Numbered from the whole stretch's first letter, positions 1-13,770 are shown. The stretch: DNA of 62,775 nt, filler included, from Phoronis australis (GCA_002633005.1; 9 parts of 9 records of this genome joined end to end with filler, not necessarily neighbours in it); one strand, 5' to 3'. The notes: a model not told the origin generated them from the sequence alone. Made by a program: numbers and translations.

Positions 1-1
1 G

Positions 2-384
2 CGATATCCCAGGCGACCGGCAGTGGCGCTGCGCACTACGACTCCGTTTCCGTCGTCTGCTCCACTGTGCAATGAAGAAAATTTACTTCATTTTTTAAAG
101 AAAATGGAACCTGAGTCTGAGTGACGATGAAAAACAGAAGCTGCTGGCAAAATGTGAATTTTAATCGAAGCCTTAGTGAATCACTCAGAAACTCGCAATA
201 CTCTCTTTGACAAACCTTATCCAAAGCTATCCCGCCTTATTGCCAACACGAAAAATGGATTTGGTCTTTTGGGCATTTGAAGACTATTTGAAATACGACA
301 AATTTGTTAAGAATTGATGGCACAAAATATAAAACGTGTAATAAGCATTACAAAAAGAAGTAGGTTTCGCGCGCAAACGCTGTG
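2..384 (+). repeat. Interspersed repeat, close copy of 45655-46049
   Basis: CGATATCCCAGGCGACCGGCAGTGGCGCT...GCGCAAACGCTGTG is collinear with 45655-46049, with scattered substitutions and small indels. Confidence 0.9.
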
Positions 385-427
385 GACCATAAACAAGTAG
401 GTCTTTTAATAAGTGATTAGAAGTTAA

Positions 428-500
428 GTCGTGGTGGTGTAGTGGTAACGCACGCGCTCTCTATCCGCCAGGTCGTGTGTTCGAGTCGTTGGTATCTGTA
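428..500 (+). mobile_element. tRNA-derived SINE head (degenerate)
   Basis: A box TGGTGTAGTGG (435-445) and B box GTTCGAGTC (479-487); no complete cloverleaf. Confidence 0.5.
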
Positions 501-699
501 GTTTTTCCTGTTTGACACGTTCTTTTTTGCCTTTTTTTCTTGGATAATACTTCAGGAATCAAAGAAAATGCTTCATTTTTAGAGGTAAAAACAGAAAAAT
601 TTCCGGCAANCCCCCCCCTTGTGATATCCTGGATTCGCCACTGGCATATAAGGTTGGCTACCACGAAGTCCAGTACGTACGGCATACTTGACGCCAATT

Positions 700-1128
700 A
701 AAAGTAATTAATTACATTTGACATGTGCCCATCGGCTCCAACAAAGCCATTACCTCTTCTACGTGTCTTCAGAAAGTTATCAACCATTTCCTCCGGCTCA
801 ATACACTGTAGTTTTCCTTGCAGGTTTACTTGGTCCGATCTGTCAACGGCCGGACCGAGTGCCGCTGTGACGTCATCGAACTTGCAACGGCTGCGACCAG
901 GACGACTTACTTGACAATGAAAAGTAATTAATTACATTTCACATGTACCCAGCAGCTACAGCAAAACCGATAACTCTTCTACGTGACTCATGAACGTTAT
1001 CAATCAATTTTTACGGATTAATACACTGTAGTTTTTCTTGCAGGTTTACTTGGTTCGGTCTGTCTGTCAATGACGCGGACCATAGATGTCTATGGGCCGG
1101 ACCGAGTGCGCTGTGACGTCATCAAACT
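700..1128 (+). repeat. Two diverged tandem copies of a ~220-bp unit
   Basis: AAAGTAATTAATTACATT...AATACACTGTAGTTTT.CTTGCAGGTTTACTTGG...GGCCGGACCGAGTG...CTGTGACGTCATC starts at ~701 and ~921. Confidence 0.8.
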
Positions 1129-1149
1129 CTTGGGAATCGGAATATTTCG

Positions 1150-2421
1150 TAAGTTAAGTCCAAGACAAGATGTAAAGGTGTGCAGAATGACCTTCACTCC
1201 TGCAGATGTTATGACCCTTAAGAAGAGGAACTGACTAAACGAAGGTACAGTGCATGACATTTTGAGACATTTTTCAGTCACAACGTATTTACTCCCACAG
1301 GTTGCACCGGCCAATGGTACAGTTGAAGTGTCTTATTTGATCAGAAAAAATGTGAATCATTAGCCTATAGTCCATATTCATGTTACAGCCATCAATGAAT
1401 AACAATATTCATTGGCCATCTATTAGACTTACAATTCAAATCATGTGACAAAACCAAATTAAAGGTTTTAAGCAGTGGACAAAAGGAGCACTATTAAACT
1501 TACTCAGGCAGGAAAATCTGTGATAGTTACTAAAGTTTCCAAACATCGCAGCTGACACACTGGCTGTTACGTTTCAGCCCACTGCATATGAGAAATCTGA
1601 TTGTCCACAACAGCTTTTTGGGACACTCAAAAACTGTTCAAGGAAAATAAGACAATGTTCATTTTTGACTGATCGAGCATTGTGATACTATTGTTTCGAT
1701 TATTGATCCCTTCCTTCGGGTGCTGATGGCATGTGATGTCAACTTTGAAGTTGAAAAGTGGAAGTCAGGCGACTTCAAAACATGCGGCAATTTAAAAAGG
1801 TAATTACAATGAGATTTCTCCAATGTGGGAAAGTGAAAAATTAGTTATACAGCTTAAGGTCAGAACATGTTTAAAATTGTGGAAAGAAACAACGTTGGCC
1901 ATCCAAAATTCAAGAATTTCCTGAAAGATGGCTAAATTACCTACTCTGTAGCTTGAAAACACGTTGTCCAAATTATCATGGTGAGGCGCAGAAATATCTC
2001 AAATTCCGTAAAATTCTATTTCTTTGGGAATCTCCATGTCCCAAATTCTAGAGACTGTCCCAAATTGAAGACATTGGAGATTTGAACTTATAATGCATGA
2101 CTTATGTGAGGAAGTGTCAGTGCACTACCGTACAAGTGAGATTGACACAAAAAAGACACAATGATGAATATGAACTATGGCAAGCCATCTTGTCAAGCAG
2201 CCGCAGATTCAGTCTTGCCCATGGAAATACAAACTGATAAAAATAATGTACTTTATGTAACAACTTCACTGCAGGTAAACTTTTCGGATTACAGGTGGGT
2301 TTTCATGCCAATCAACCTGAATCAAAGCCATTGGGTAATTCTAGTTGCCGACGTACAGCAGAAGACGGTAACAGTACTAGACTCTCTTGGCCATCACCAC
2401 AGAGTTGACATCATCGTGGAA
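1150..2421 (+). pseudogene. Ulp1/C48 SUMO-protease-like remnant, probably transposon-borne
   Basis: DVMTLKKRN*LNE (WLND-like motif with TGA in place of W, ~1205-1243). Exon 2275-2421 VNFSDYRWVFMPINLNQSHWVILVADVQQKTVTVLDSLG carries the catalytic His and Asp motifs; no catalytic Cys exon found. Confidence 0.65.
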
Positions 2422-4024
2422 GTATGTGAACAGCCATAAACACTTTTGCTACACGTGTGGAAGAATTAGTATGTCCTCTATCACTGTGTTTGCATAATTG
2501 TCCACAAAATATTCTTCACCTGTTTAGCACACTACAAAAGTGACAAGTGATTTTAATGATGGAATGGACTTCTTTTTCATAAAGACAAAAATTCAATAGA
2601 CGTCATGTGAATATTTTAGGTAATTCATGTCTACCAGTATAGTCAAGCTAATGGGGATTTGGTTGTGTGACATAGTAAGAGTTGGGGAATATGATTCGCT
2701 GACAATGCCCAAATTGACCTATACCGTTGTAGGTGATCAGAGTCCGCATTCAAACTCAAATTTCCAACAATTCTTCCATGTGGTGCATGTATTGGAAACT
2801 TGTCCCAGATTTAAAGAAACGTACATGATGCGATACACAGCCATGCAAAACGTTGTTTTCTGCAAGGTCATAATAGATGTAATCCTTGTCACAACTTTCC
2901 AATGCTGGTGGAAGTACCTAACGACACTATATCTGACATCTATGGTCAATGTGTACTGCATCTTTTAAACAGATCTCTGGAACATATTTTACTCCAAAAA
3001 CATACTCTGTGAACATTAAGGATATGCATGAAAATCGTGTAACGTGTTTTTTCAGGAGATTCATCAGAGAAAAAACACTACAACAAAACATGAGGTGTGG
3101 ACCGCGGTTCACACCAAATCTGGTCAACAGAGCGATGGCCACAGCTGTGAACCAATATTTCTACTCGTAAGTTTTAGTGTTGAATGAGTCTGGGACATGG
3201 GCAGTTTTTATCACTTTCCTTATACTCACGTTCATGTGGCATATAACAAACACTGAAATTATTTACTCCTTGCGATATACAGCGAGACACGCCCACATGA
3301 AAGACAGGAAAATTATGTTACCCAAACAAAATAAACTTAATATCTCATGTACCAAATAAATCAGGTCCTGGAAAATGTAAAGATAATGATAAATGAAACA
3401 CACGCTACTTTCACAAACCTGACCATCCTATTCGTGCCCATCCTCATATTGGTAAGTCCAGAAGGACTATCTGGTGCACCCGAATTTTAATTATGTTCTC
3501 TTGTCCATCTGTAGACCAATTTAGTGGAACTTAAAAAGACTTACAGAATTTACACACTGTAATGAATTCTAAAAACGTGTAAACTGACCATGCAGACACC
3601 ACTTTAGGTGATTTAGTGTCCAATCTCTAGACCAGATCCAAAAGTACACTGGAACTCCATTTTTGGAGGTTACATGGCATTTTTTTCTTCAGATATTGTG
3701 CTTTAGGGCCTTCCTTGGCAAAGGTCAACATGGGCCAGGGCAGAAAACACCCCTTATGTATCAAACTCATATAACAACTATAACTTCTGATCCTCAATAC
3801 AAGTTATTGATTTTAACTTAACAAAGTGAACATTACATACAGGCTCAATAACCTTTCTCTCAAAATGTGACTCACAAATTTGATGACAAAAATCAGGTAC
3901 CGGTAATTCCAAGCAGACTCAGGCTTATTATACTGATAACTTCTTGGCATGCCACCCAGTGGAAGAAATGTTATTAACAAAGTTACAAAAAGATACAGTG
4001 AATGTCCTCTTACAATAATTTTAA

Positions 4025-7000
4025 GAGTGACTCCATATAAAAACCAACAGGTAGAGTCTATACCCAAAATCACCGATTTTTTTGAAACTTAGCACATGAG
4101 TTTGGTTTGTTGAGATGTAGAAAAACCTCACTTTTTAAGAATTTTCATTCATTATTTTTCTTTTTATGACCTGTACCTCCATTTTGCAATAAAATTGGGC
4201 GTCGAAGTAGGCATGTTTGAATGCATTTTACTAGCATGTGTGGTAAGGTCGAAACAAATGAATAATACGAATGGAAAGGCCAATGGCTGAATAATTTAAA
4301 GGCATAACTTTCAAAATCTATTTTTAAATTTGTACGTTTTGAATTTGTGAGGCAAAAACGGCTATTTTTCAGGTTTTCACTGAAGCCATTTTCGGCCAAA
4401 TTTGTCACTCTGTAGCAGCCATAACGCACCTTTCCCGAAATTGACTTTATAATAATTTGTTCAGTCATTCTTAACCTGTTCATAATCTAAAATAAAAAAA
4501 TCTTGCCTCTAATGTAGTTTTTGCGTACGAAGCATTACACGAACTGCACTGCGTCCTTTTGCATGTTCTCAGTTGCCTCTGCTGCCAATAGGGCCGGGCT
4601 CTTGGAACATATAATTAGCTTGCGAAACACGACATAAAAACCTTGTATTTTGGAGAAAAGGCAGACAGCATTATTAATTGCCATTCTCTGAAAACGGCAT
4701 TGATGATTATTGCTTATTACAAAATATATTTACGTAAATCAACTGGCAAGCGTGCTTATAAATGATAGATGGTGCTGCTTTGTTTACGTGGAGACTGAAG
4801 TGCATCCGTCTAGAATAAGAGCAGTAACACGAGGACCTTGCTATAATTCGTAACTTCGCGAGATATTGCCCTGCATTTTAAATGAGAACACGTGGTTTTG
4901 GATAGATTTTAGAGAGGTTCTACTGTTACTGAACTCACCCCTGCCTTGTTTTCTATCTGCCTTGTTCGTGCCACAGGCAAAGGAAGGCACCCAAGGTGGA
5001 TATGGCTCCCTAGTGTTCAATGTAAAAAATCCTTCAACTTGTCAATAGTCATTGTGACTTTGGGTTCATATTGTAATGTCCCTGCTGGCTGCTACAAATT
5101 TTAGTCGCCACCAGTCGCCAAAAATCTGGTGTTCCCCCGGCACACATCGGGCACCTTAACGCTGAATAGTTCTGCCAGTGTGATCATCAGTGGTATAAAA
5201 AGGTACACATTCACATTTACAGTCAACAGAAAATAATTCACGAGAGACAATTTTATAAATGACTCATTCATGATAGACATGAAGTAAACAGAAGTAACGG
5301 TCTCGACTTCATATATCACACATCGTGGTATGCTACAAAACTAGGCTAAACGTTGAGCTCGTTTATCATTTCATTCAATAAATCTGACGACATAACAGCA
5401 TCTTCAGCAGAACTAGCATCGTAATAAACATTGCTGCAGACACCCTCGAAAAAATCCACCAATCTGCGATTCACTTAACATCACAGGTAAACACTTTCCC
5501 AGTGGTTTCTCGTAATATGTTTTCTCCATTTTGGCACTTCCGAGGGTGAACGTTTTTACCTGACTTATCTCCTTCATCGAATATGTTCGTCAGAAAGTTC
5601 TTAGGCCTTTGCTGAAAATTTTGTTAACATTTTACCTTTTTTCAATGCCTAACCTATTGCTTCAGCATTCGTCTCATCCACGCTGTACTCCGGCTGAGGC
5701 TGCCTCAAATGACGCTCCGGTTCTTGCATAGTGAGAGCATTTCTGACCACTTTCGTGCGATGTGGTCGTACGTGGTTTCCCTCTGTAAATTTTCAGTGTG
5801 GTCACCCACATCCAAATGCTGACCTAGTTCTGCGTCTGTAGTAAAAATTTCGAGTAACCTTGCTGGGTACAAGGGAACTTTTGTTGAGGCTCTTCACTAG
5901 ATACAATTAATGCCAACCTTAACTCCTGGTGTTGAAAATCCGCCATGTCAAGAGATGTTAGTGTATTTTAGAGAAATAGGTTTCCCATTTTCTCAGTATT
6001 TGTAAGAACTTACCGTCACCTACATGGAATGATTTCCACACGCGAATTCCTTGAGTGGAATAGTGGGAATTTGGGAATGTTCTTATACCAGGAACTGAGT
6101 ATTTTGGAAAAGACTTTGTTGCATGGACTGAACACTGCATACACATAACATCCCTTCACGCGGCCACTGGAAAGTAATGCTTCTTTCAAATCCAGAAAGT
6201 TTATGATATTGTTACCTTCGGCTACAAAGTACTTTGCATGTTGTTTGAGTGGCGGAGCGATCTTGCGATCACAGAGATCCTTTCCATTCTGTCTTTCACT
6301 TGTAAGTCATATCTCGAAACAGAAATGCCGGTAGAATTTGACAAGGCTGCTACGTTCAGGAGAGGAGCAGAGTGGTAACATCCAGCATTACCCGACTCTT
6401 CCATGACTGGTCCTGTTCAGTCAGAAATTCACCGACTCTGGGTAGTACGAGTCCGTACTCTGGCACAGGCCTTGCTTTGTGAGGTACTTTCCTGTATCTC
6501 AAATGTTCAGTGGTGTCTTTGACATAACTTATTAAAGCACAAAGCTTTTGTGATCGGATTTTATGCAGAATTAACTCTAAAGGAACATGAAGACCCATCG
6601 TCCGCCATTTTGTCTTTTTAAAATGCACTTGCTTCTCTCAAAACCAGTCATTACAAATATCAATTCTAACTCCTTTAATCTTAAAGGCATTTATTTCCAT
6701 TTAAAAGTTCTACAAAGTGTTTAAATTAATCTCATAATGTAAAAGAAATGAAAGAATACACGAGGGTTACACGTACATTTTTTATATATCCTCATGCTTA
6801 ACTTCAACTGAATCCCTCAGTGGGCAAAGGTCATGGGGTTCAGTTTTGATACTAGCCGCGTAATAAACCCGGAAAACATCTTGTTTTCATTTGAAAGAGT
6901 TTAGACTTGGTTTCTATAACTATTTAAAGCAGACTTCTTGCCTAAAAGTTTGTTCAAATGGCCGGTCTGTAAACTCTGCTTGTCATTTCCAAACTATGAA

Positions 7001-7537
7001 AATAGACAGTTTTGCAAGACAATTTTCAATTAAGTGCAAAGTTGAGGCAAGATTTTTTATCGATTAGTCATCAAGATTAACTCTTTAACTGTATGTTCAA
7101 AACGTCACATAAGTCTACAAGGTGTTTTATGGCAGTAAGAAGGTCACAAAAATGGCCACTAAAATTAGCCCCAAAAAGTGGTCTGTGGATTATCTCCCCT
7201 GTCTAGCACAAAACTGTTAGATTTTAATAAATGACACAGAATTATGCACAGCATACGTTGGTTATTTCAGCCATCAAAATATAGCTTTTGATCTATTTTG
7301 TATGTTACTCATTTTTGTTGCTGAAAACATGCGATTTTTGAGACGGTTAATATGCCCAATTGAGCCAATTTGAATTATCATGCTCCAGCGGCGAAATTAG
7401 GGGTCATTGAGTGCACAAGATTTGGCATTTGGGTTTTTGTTAGGATACCTACCCATGTACAAAAAAATGAAGTTGTTTTAAATTTTGACGTATAGACTGA
7501 TTTTTGAAAATCTACTGGTTATTATATGGACTGCCTC
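4025..7537 (-). mobile_element. Sola3-like DNA transposon, degenerate
   Basis: TTAA|GAG at 4021-4027 and CTC|TTAA at 7535-7541. Imperfect terminal inverted repeat GAGnnnnTCCATATAAnAACCA...AGTCTATAC. Contains a disrupted DDD-type transposase. GAG..CTC termini with a TTAA target are the Sola3 hallmark. Confidence 0.72.
5430..6628 (-). pseudogene. Sola3-like transposase pseudogene (frameshifts, stops, internal deletion)
   Basis: Across frames: SGNAGCYHSAPLL (SDNAGCYH-like), RYD..QNGKDLCDRKIAP.LKQHAKYFVAEGNNI, VPGIRTF..YSTQGIRVWKSFHVGDGK, G*ALKK, KNFLTNIFDEGDKSGK, QIGGFFSRV. Confidence 0.75.
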
Positions 7538-7744
7538 TTAATTGCCTATTTCCCAAGTAACTGTCCGAACTAAGTATAAAGGCTACTCCGGTTTTTGCTT
7601 CACTTCATGCAGTCAAGTAAACTGGAAGCACCTGGGGTTGAGGAGCAGACAAAAATGGACAATAATTTGTTCTGCCAATGGGCTATACCTGGTATAGCTC
7701 AGCAGTTCTGACAACTTTCAATCAGTGTTTGACACTTGACATGA

Positions 7745-7750
7745 TTTATT
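7745..7750 (-). terminator. Candidate polyadenylation signal (AATAAA) of CRYZ
   Basis: TTTATT on + strand about 270 nt downstream of the CRYZ stop codon. Confidence 0.4.
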
Positions 7751-8020
7751 GGTGTATGAACTTTCAGCTGCAAGCTGTTTGCATGATATAATTTTCAGTC
7801 AAAAATCATTCCAGCAGAATATAATGTAAATTTCTGCAGTGAAATCAAGTTCCTTCAACAGTGATCGAAGGGTAACATTGTACATGACGCCAACATGTAA
7901 TCTGGCACAATCAACCACAAGTTAGACAATCCCAACCTGACCAATTATGAATGAGAATAGCCCTGCCACCATTTATTATATGAGTCCAATCATTAGAATG
8001 AAAATGTACTCCAGAGTGTT

Positions 8021-11000
8021 CTATGGATTCAGTACAATATTCCCCTTGGCTCCAGATGATTGTATGATTTCTGTGTGTGCTTGTGGTGCCCTTTCAAGGG
8101 GTAATACATGGTCAACAACCGGTTTCAGCCAGCCTTGCTCGAGTCCAACATAAAGAAAGTCATTCATCTCTTGATACTCTGCCTACACAAAACAGAAATG
8201 AACAGGTAATTAATAGACTGCAACCATGCACATTGTTTTGTGTTAATGTGTAAAACATTGCTATTATGGTCCCATATTTGATAATTTCCCCATCTAACCA
8301 AACAGTAAATGACGAATAAGTGTCTATCTTGCAATTGAATTACGTCCTCTGAAGAGCCACCTAGCAAAATTAACACCACCCCCCCCCCCTAAATTTCTGA
8401 CAGTAAGACAAAAGTCACTCTGACCATACAACAGACCTATTACGAGATAAGAAGCAAAGTGTATTTTTATCCCACCTTCCTTTTTCTCGAGGTGCTAACA
8501 TTCTAGATACTGTTACTGCACCGTGGGAATTCACCTGATGGTTACAAGACCTCATGCTGGTTTTCCCCCTGCATGCCTATGTAGACCTCATGCAAGGTTA
8601 TGCTACAAGATTTTGTCCCAGTTTTCTTCTAAGTCAGCGAGTGAACTATTGCAAACCACAACTAACCCCTTTTACTGGCTGACAAGGAAGTCATTTTTGC
8701 CTATGCTGTCAAATGGACATCTCATACAAGGTATAATAAGAGATCCACCATCTTGCCATCTTGTGACGACCAGATCACAAAAGCCCTGCTGAATTTGACA
8801 AAGACGTACAGGTTTCACCCCAGGCTTTCTACAGGGGGAATCTAAAGCAGTTATTCCATGGGCGGCGCACCATAGGGAGCTAGGGGTGGCTTTTGCCCCC
8901 CACTTTTTTCAGTGCTACGCCGCACATGGTCTATAGGTGGTGCTGTCAATTAGTTGCAACACATCTTATTTCTCATTGCTCACTCTAAGGACAACTTACC
9001 TGTGTGGTTGAGGCATACCTTACACCAGCTATACTACAGTCCTTTGTCATTAACATTCGAGGAGTGATTTCAATGTTGCTGCGGCTTCCAATAATCTAAA
9101 ACATAACACAATAACACTTGGACATCATAACTCAATACCATAACTGATTACACACTTACAAATCCAAAATTAAGACGTATTAATTAAAATCCCATACTAA
9201 TATCAGTGCTATCACTGAATGTTCTATTCAGCTAAATTTGAGCAAGTTTGGTCCATACTGCAGCCAATAGTTCCCACAGATGCTGGCTGCCCCTGACAGT
9301 TTTACCAACCAAAAGCTTTCTTGGAAATTTGAAGTGTTCTATTCAAGTAAATCACAAAAATTGCAAGTGCTAAAGTATAGAAATATGTCGTTTCATGCCG
9401 CCACTTGAAAATCCGTAACAGATGATTCACTTTAAAGGTTTTGTAGAAGCTTAGAAAAATTAAAATTTTGGCCAAATTCTGAACATCATAACTCAGAAAT
9501 GGCTTGTCAGATTCACATGAAATTCTCAGATACTATGCTTCACGCAGTCCTCCAAACCCAAAATTTTGCTAGAAATTGTTTTTAAAATATTCCACTTTTG
9601 CATAAAATGAGAATGAATGAACGAAACAATAATTTAGAAAACTGTAACAGCATTTTTGAGACCATTTTATATATAATATTCTTATCATGCAAAATTTGGA
9701 AATGATATTGATCTTCTTATTTTGTTATGAATGTACTTTTCCTTTTTTACTAAATTTTACTAAAAAAGCACAGTCACGTGACCTAATTGATGGCAGATTG
9801 GTATATACTACGGTTCACTTAAATTCTGTTCTGCAGATATTTGGCTAAATGTAGTCTTGACGATATGGTCCTATATATTAACCTTAAATGTAGTTTATGA
9901 ATGCCCACGACCTCTGCCTTGATAGTGGCTTAGAGTTTTGCAGAGGTTTGCAAGTCATGGGCATGATCAACACACAATGCAAGGTCATTGAGAGTAGTTT
10001 TATGTGAACTTAGTCATACAACTGACCCAGATGGCCTGTACGTAAGCACAGCTTAACAAAGGGTTTATGGTCCTGTCTGAGAAGATAATTGTTTTATTAC
10101 CCTCTCAGGCATTTGAATAGCCCAGCCCCAAATGAGATTTTAGGGGCCCTAAGTTATAAAAAGTATGGGGCTCCCGTAATTTAAGTTGCATGACTGTGCA
10201 ACCCCTGTGCAAACATTTTGTTTGAAATAATTTCTACATCATGACAACTGCAAGTTGACCCGCACAGTATAAATGGTCAACTTTAAATAGATTGATGAGT
10301 TATGGAGCCGCTAAAGGAAATCTTAGAATCATCTAGATTAGTTTTTTTCTTAGTGTTGGAGGTATTTAAAGAGAACGGCACTATACCATGCCACATGTTC
10401 CGTAATAACATTCATTGTACTTTATCTCCTCTTCATATTTACCAAAATTTTCCCCATCTGTGCCACAAGGTCAAGATCTCTTTGCAAGTTGGCGTTGGCA
10501 AGCATCTCCAGAATTATGTTCATTCCCTCAGGACAGGCATCCTTAAAAACATTTGTAAGACAGAATTTAGAATTGATATAGTCATTAAAATATATAGCTA
10601 AGAAGCATTCCAATATCAGCCTTTTGATTTTTGCAAATAAACAATTCAGGAAGCACTTGGTAAATACAAAATTAATCATCTAACGTTTATCGAATACCAT
10701 GCAAAAATTTCTATTTTTTTTTCAAACAATTCACTGGCAATACTTGGTAAAATACAAATAGCCATCGAACGTTTTATTTTACGGCTGCGGCAAGTGTCAA
10801 CTGCTTTGTTTAGCGTAGACGATGTTCAAATAACATTGTCGTTTAGTTCCCGTAATACACTAGCATAGTTAGAAGCATGCAAACACATTCTTTAAAGAGA
10901 AGAACTGGAAGGTAACGACATGTATTCACCAAACTCTTAAATAATCTGTTGGACAAGCAGTTACTAATCTTAAACCTCTCGTCGACGGATGAAAAATTTT

Positions 11001-13770
11001 TGAGAACAAGCAATGATTTAACCTACATGGGTATAAGACTCAGGATGCATTAAGTATTGGTCCCTAATTGTAACAATACTTGAGTTACACTTACAGTATT
11101 TTCTACACGTCTACAGAATTAGCCTTCTGTCTAGTTGACCCAGTCTCCTTAACTGGTCACACACTGGTGTCATTAAGTCATTGATAGGATATTTACACTG
11201 CTACTGAGTTGTTAAAGCCCCTGAAAAGTTACGCCCCTGGTAATCATACCTTGATTTCCTGAACATATCCTTCCTTCCTGTGGTTGAACACCCTGTGAGC
11301 CCCACTCTCTCGTACGACCTCCATTCCCTCAGAGGTTCCAGCGGTACCGAACACCCTCAATCCTCGACTCTTAGCAAGCTGACAAGCAGCTAGCCCTACA
11401 CCACCGGAGGCTCCATGGACTAGCACTGTGTCCCCAGGCTTAGCATAGCCCCTGAAATGAACACGATTGAAAAGAATGTGGACAAGGTGATCAGAAGATG
11501 AGAAATAAACAAAGTAACCTAAACCAAACTGTATCTTTCATGTGCATAGAAGATTACATCCACATGTAGCTAACCATGTCTAAGGCAGCAGCTCAAACGC
11601 ACATGTTCCAATATAGCAACGACCTTTTGAAATAAACTGCATTGCTAAATGGCGTCGTGATTAAGTTTTATGGACAAACAATCAGTGTCACTTACACGCT
11701 ATGTGGACATGCATTTAGACCACCATGACTTTACAGCATTTTTTAAATTCTCCATGGCCATTATGCCTTCTGATAACCACCGCTGTGCAGTGAGATGTTC
11801 TAGTAACAAGTGCCAAAACGCAAACCTCAATATACATCAGATACAAACATGTCGCACGACTATAGGGATACATAAATGCTTATCTACATTTAAATACAGA
11901 TAGGCAATAGTTACAGGCGTCGAATGCATAAAGATCAATATTATGCCTTTATAATAAATCAGCCTAGATTCAAGCAAAACAGTGTTGGAATGTACTTCAT
12001 AAAATATGTTTTTCACATCTGGATGGAATATAAATAAATCTAGAATTTAAGGTTAAACTTACTTCAGGAATAAAGCTTTATACGCAGTGTAGTAAGGTGT
12101 GCCAATAGAAGCTCCTTGTTCATAGGTGACATTATTTGGGAGGAGATGACCCATGACAGAGTCCATGACACAGTACTGGGCATACCCACCACTGTGAGTG
12201 CCCTGGCTGAATGGGGCTTTTACAGCATAGACTCTGCTGCCAGGCTGAAAATAACATATAGTCACTGTTCAGTAAGTGTTACAGTCTCGAACTAGCAAAT
12301 GCGAAACCTACGCTACAAATTCCAAACGTATGGCCCCAAACCAATCACTACACACAAACCGACACTACCATATGCATTCACTCCAGTATCGAACCATTGA
12401 TGCATGAGTGGAGTTTAACCCCGGGTATGGAGTGTGTGGACTTGATAAGGGCACGAGTATGGAATTAGTGCCACAAGTTTGATGTTACGGCGAATAAGAT
12501 GACACGCTGTGACTAGTAGAGCCTGGTCTTGAGTAATAACAAGCAGTCAGTTCAAGCCCAGAAATCTCACCTATCATGACTATAGACGACTATTTGATAA
12601 AAAGTTCACAATGGTAAGTAGTCTAAATCAGTGCTTTTTGTGGTGAAAGATGGGCTTTATATGCTTAAAGACAATGCATTACCTTAAACTGTTTAACATC
12701 ACTCCCAACCTGCTCCACTTCCCCGGCCAAATCATTCCCTGGGACATAGGGCAGTGACGGGTTATAGCCCTGGCCTCCAGTGCGGATGTATGTGTCTCGA
12801 CGGGATTGACACCACAGGCCTTCACCTTCACCAGGATCTGCAACATGGTGTATGACATCATAACTAAGAACTCAGGGTTTGTCTGCAGCACGCTCTTCTG
12901 CAGAAAGACATGGATACGATTTTCTTGGGAGCCGCTCACTATACAGTCTATAACAACTTTGGCATCGCTCACGCACAGTACATAGCTTGCATTTCGTCTT
13001 GAAAATAACAAATAACAGAACTTGTATACCTCATCAATGTTAGTAAGTTATGGGGCACGTGTCACGACAGGAGTCACTACTTCCCACTGCCTTTTCACCT
13101 CTCCTCAAATTCCCTGTCATGATGACTGAGAGCAGGAATTCATTGCCATAGTAACTGGGGTGTTGTGTCATGGTCAGTTGTAACCAGGATTTTGTCAGTC
13201 AGATTACATACTTGAAATGTACTGTACATTCAAAAAATATTTAGACAAAATGACCCGGAATTCCCTGTCATGGCGGCTAAGTGGAAGCCAAATTCCTCAT
13301 CAGACTGTTGTTCCCTCGTGGCCGACAATGAAGGGGGACGAACACTGGGGAAAATTAGTATGGTGGCTAAGCTATTCTATAATTAGAATTCTGCCACACT
13401 AATAGTTGTTTCTAGTAATTCGTGCAGTTAACTGAATCAGTCAGAAAATGCTTTTTTGTCTGATTACTTTTGTCTTGTCCTGTACTATCGGTCTACTTAA
13501 TCAGAATACACGGATAGTTAGACAAGAATGTTTACTAAGCACAAGCAGAAAAAGCATGCACATAAAATACATCACTGGTAGTGTGTTCCAACATGTCTCA
13601 CACTTATAGGCTTCTAGGCACCACTTGCATGCCAATACTTTAGTTGAGAAATTATGAAGAGAACAAAAACAGACCTCAGTGGGTTTCAGTGCAGTGGGTA
13701 GAGCTTTCTGGACAATTTTTAAGACTTCTGGCCCTCCACATTGAGCAACTTCGATAGCAGAATACATCAT
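8021..13770 (-). CDS. CRYZ: Quinone oxidoreductase / zeta-crystallin; 7 coding exons: 13770-13675, 12837-12683, 12244-12063, 11451-11250, 10541-10443, 9095-9000, 8182-8021; apparent 2-nt frameshift in exon 2
   Basis: All introns are GT-AG. Translation gives [58 protein letters not shown]-like [34 protein letters not shown] (NADPH binding), [30 protein letters not shown] and GWLKPVV...[10 protein letters not shown]. Exons total 992 nt; removing 2 nt gives 329 codons plus stop. Confidence 0.93.
8857..8928. mobile_element. Short hAT-like MITE remnant (related end at ~38200-38313)
   Basis: CATGGGCGGCG...CGCCGCACATG inverted ends; CACTTTTTTCAGTGCT.CGCCGC.CATG is shared with 38287-38313; no clear TSD. 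Confidence 0.5.
9420..9885 (+). repeat. Old interspersed repeat family (related pieces near 22200-22260 and 51740-51975)
   Basis: Shared strings AAATTTGGCCAA, GATTCA.ATGAAA, TAGAAATTGTTTT, TTTTGCATAA, ATATTTGGCT.AAT and GGTCC.A. Confidence 0.5.

Noticed and set aside
428-500. tRNA gene (also 31065-31140)
   Set aside because: A and B boxes are present but there is no paired acceptor or anticodon stem; better explained as SINE heads.
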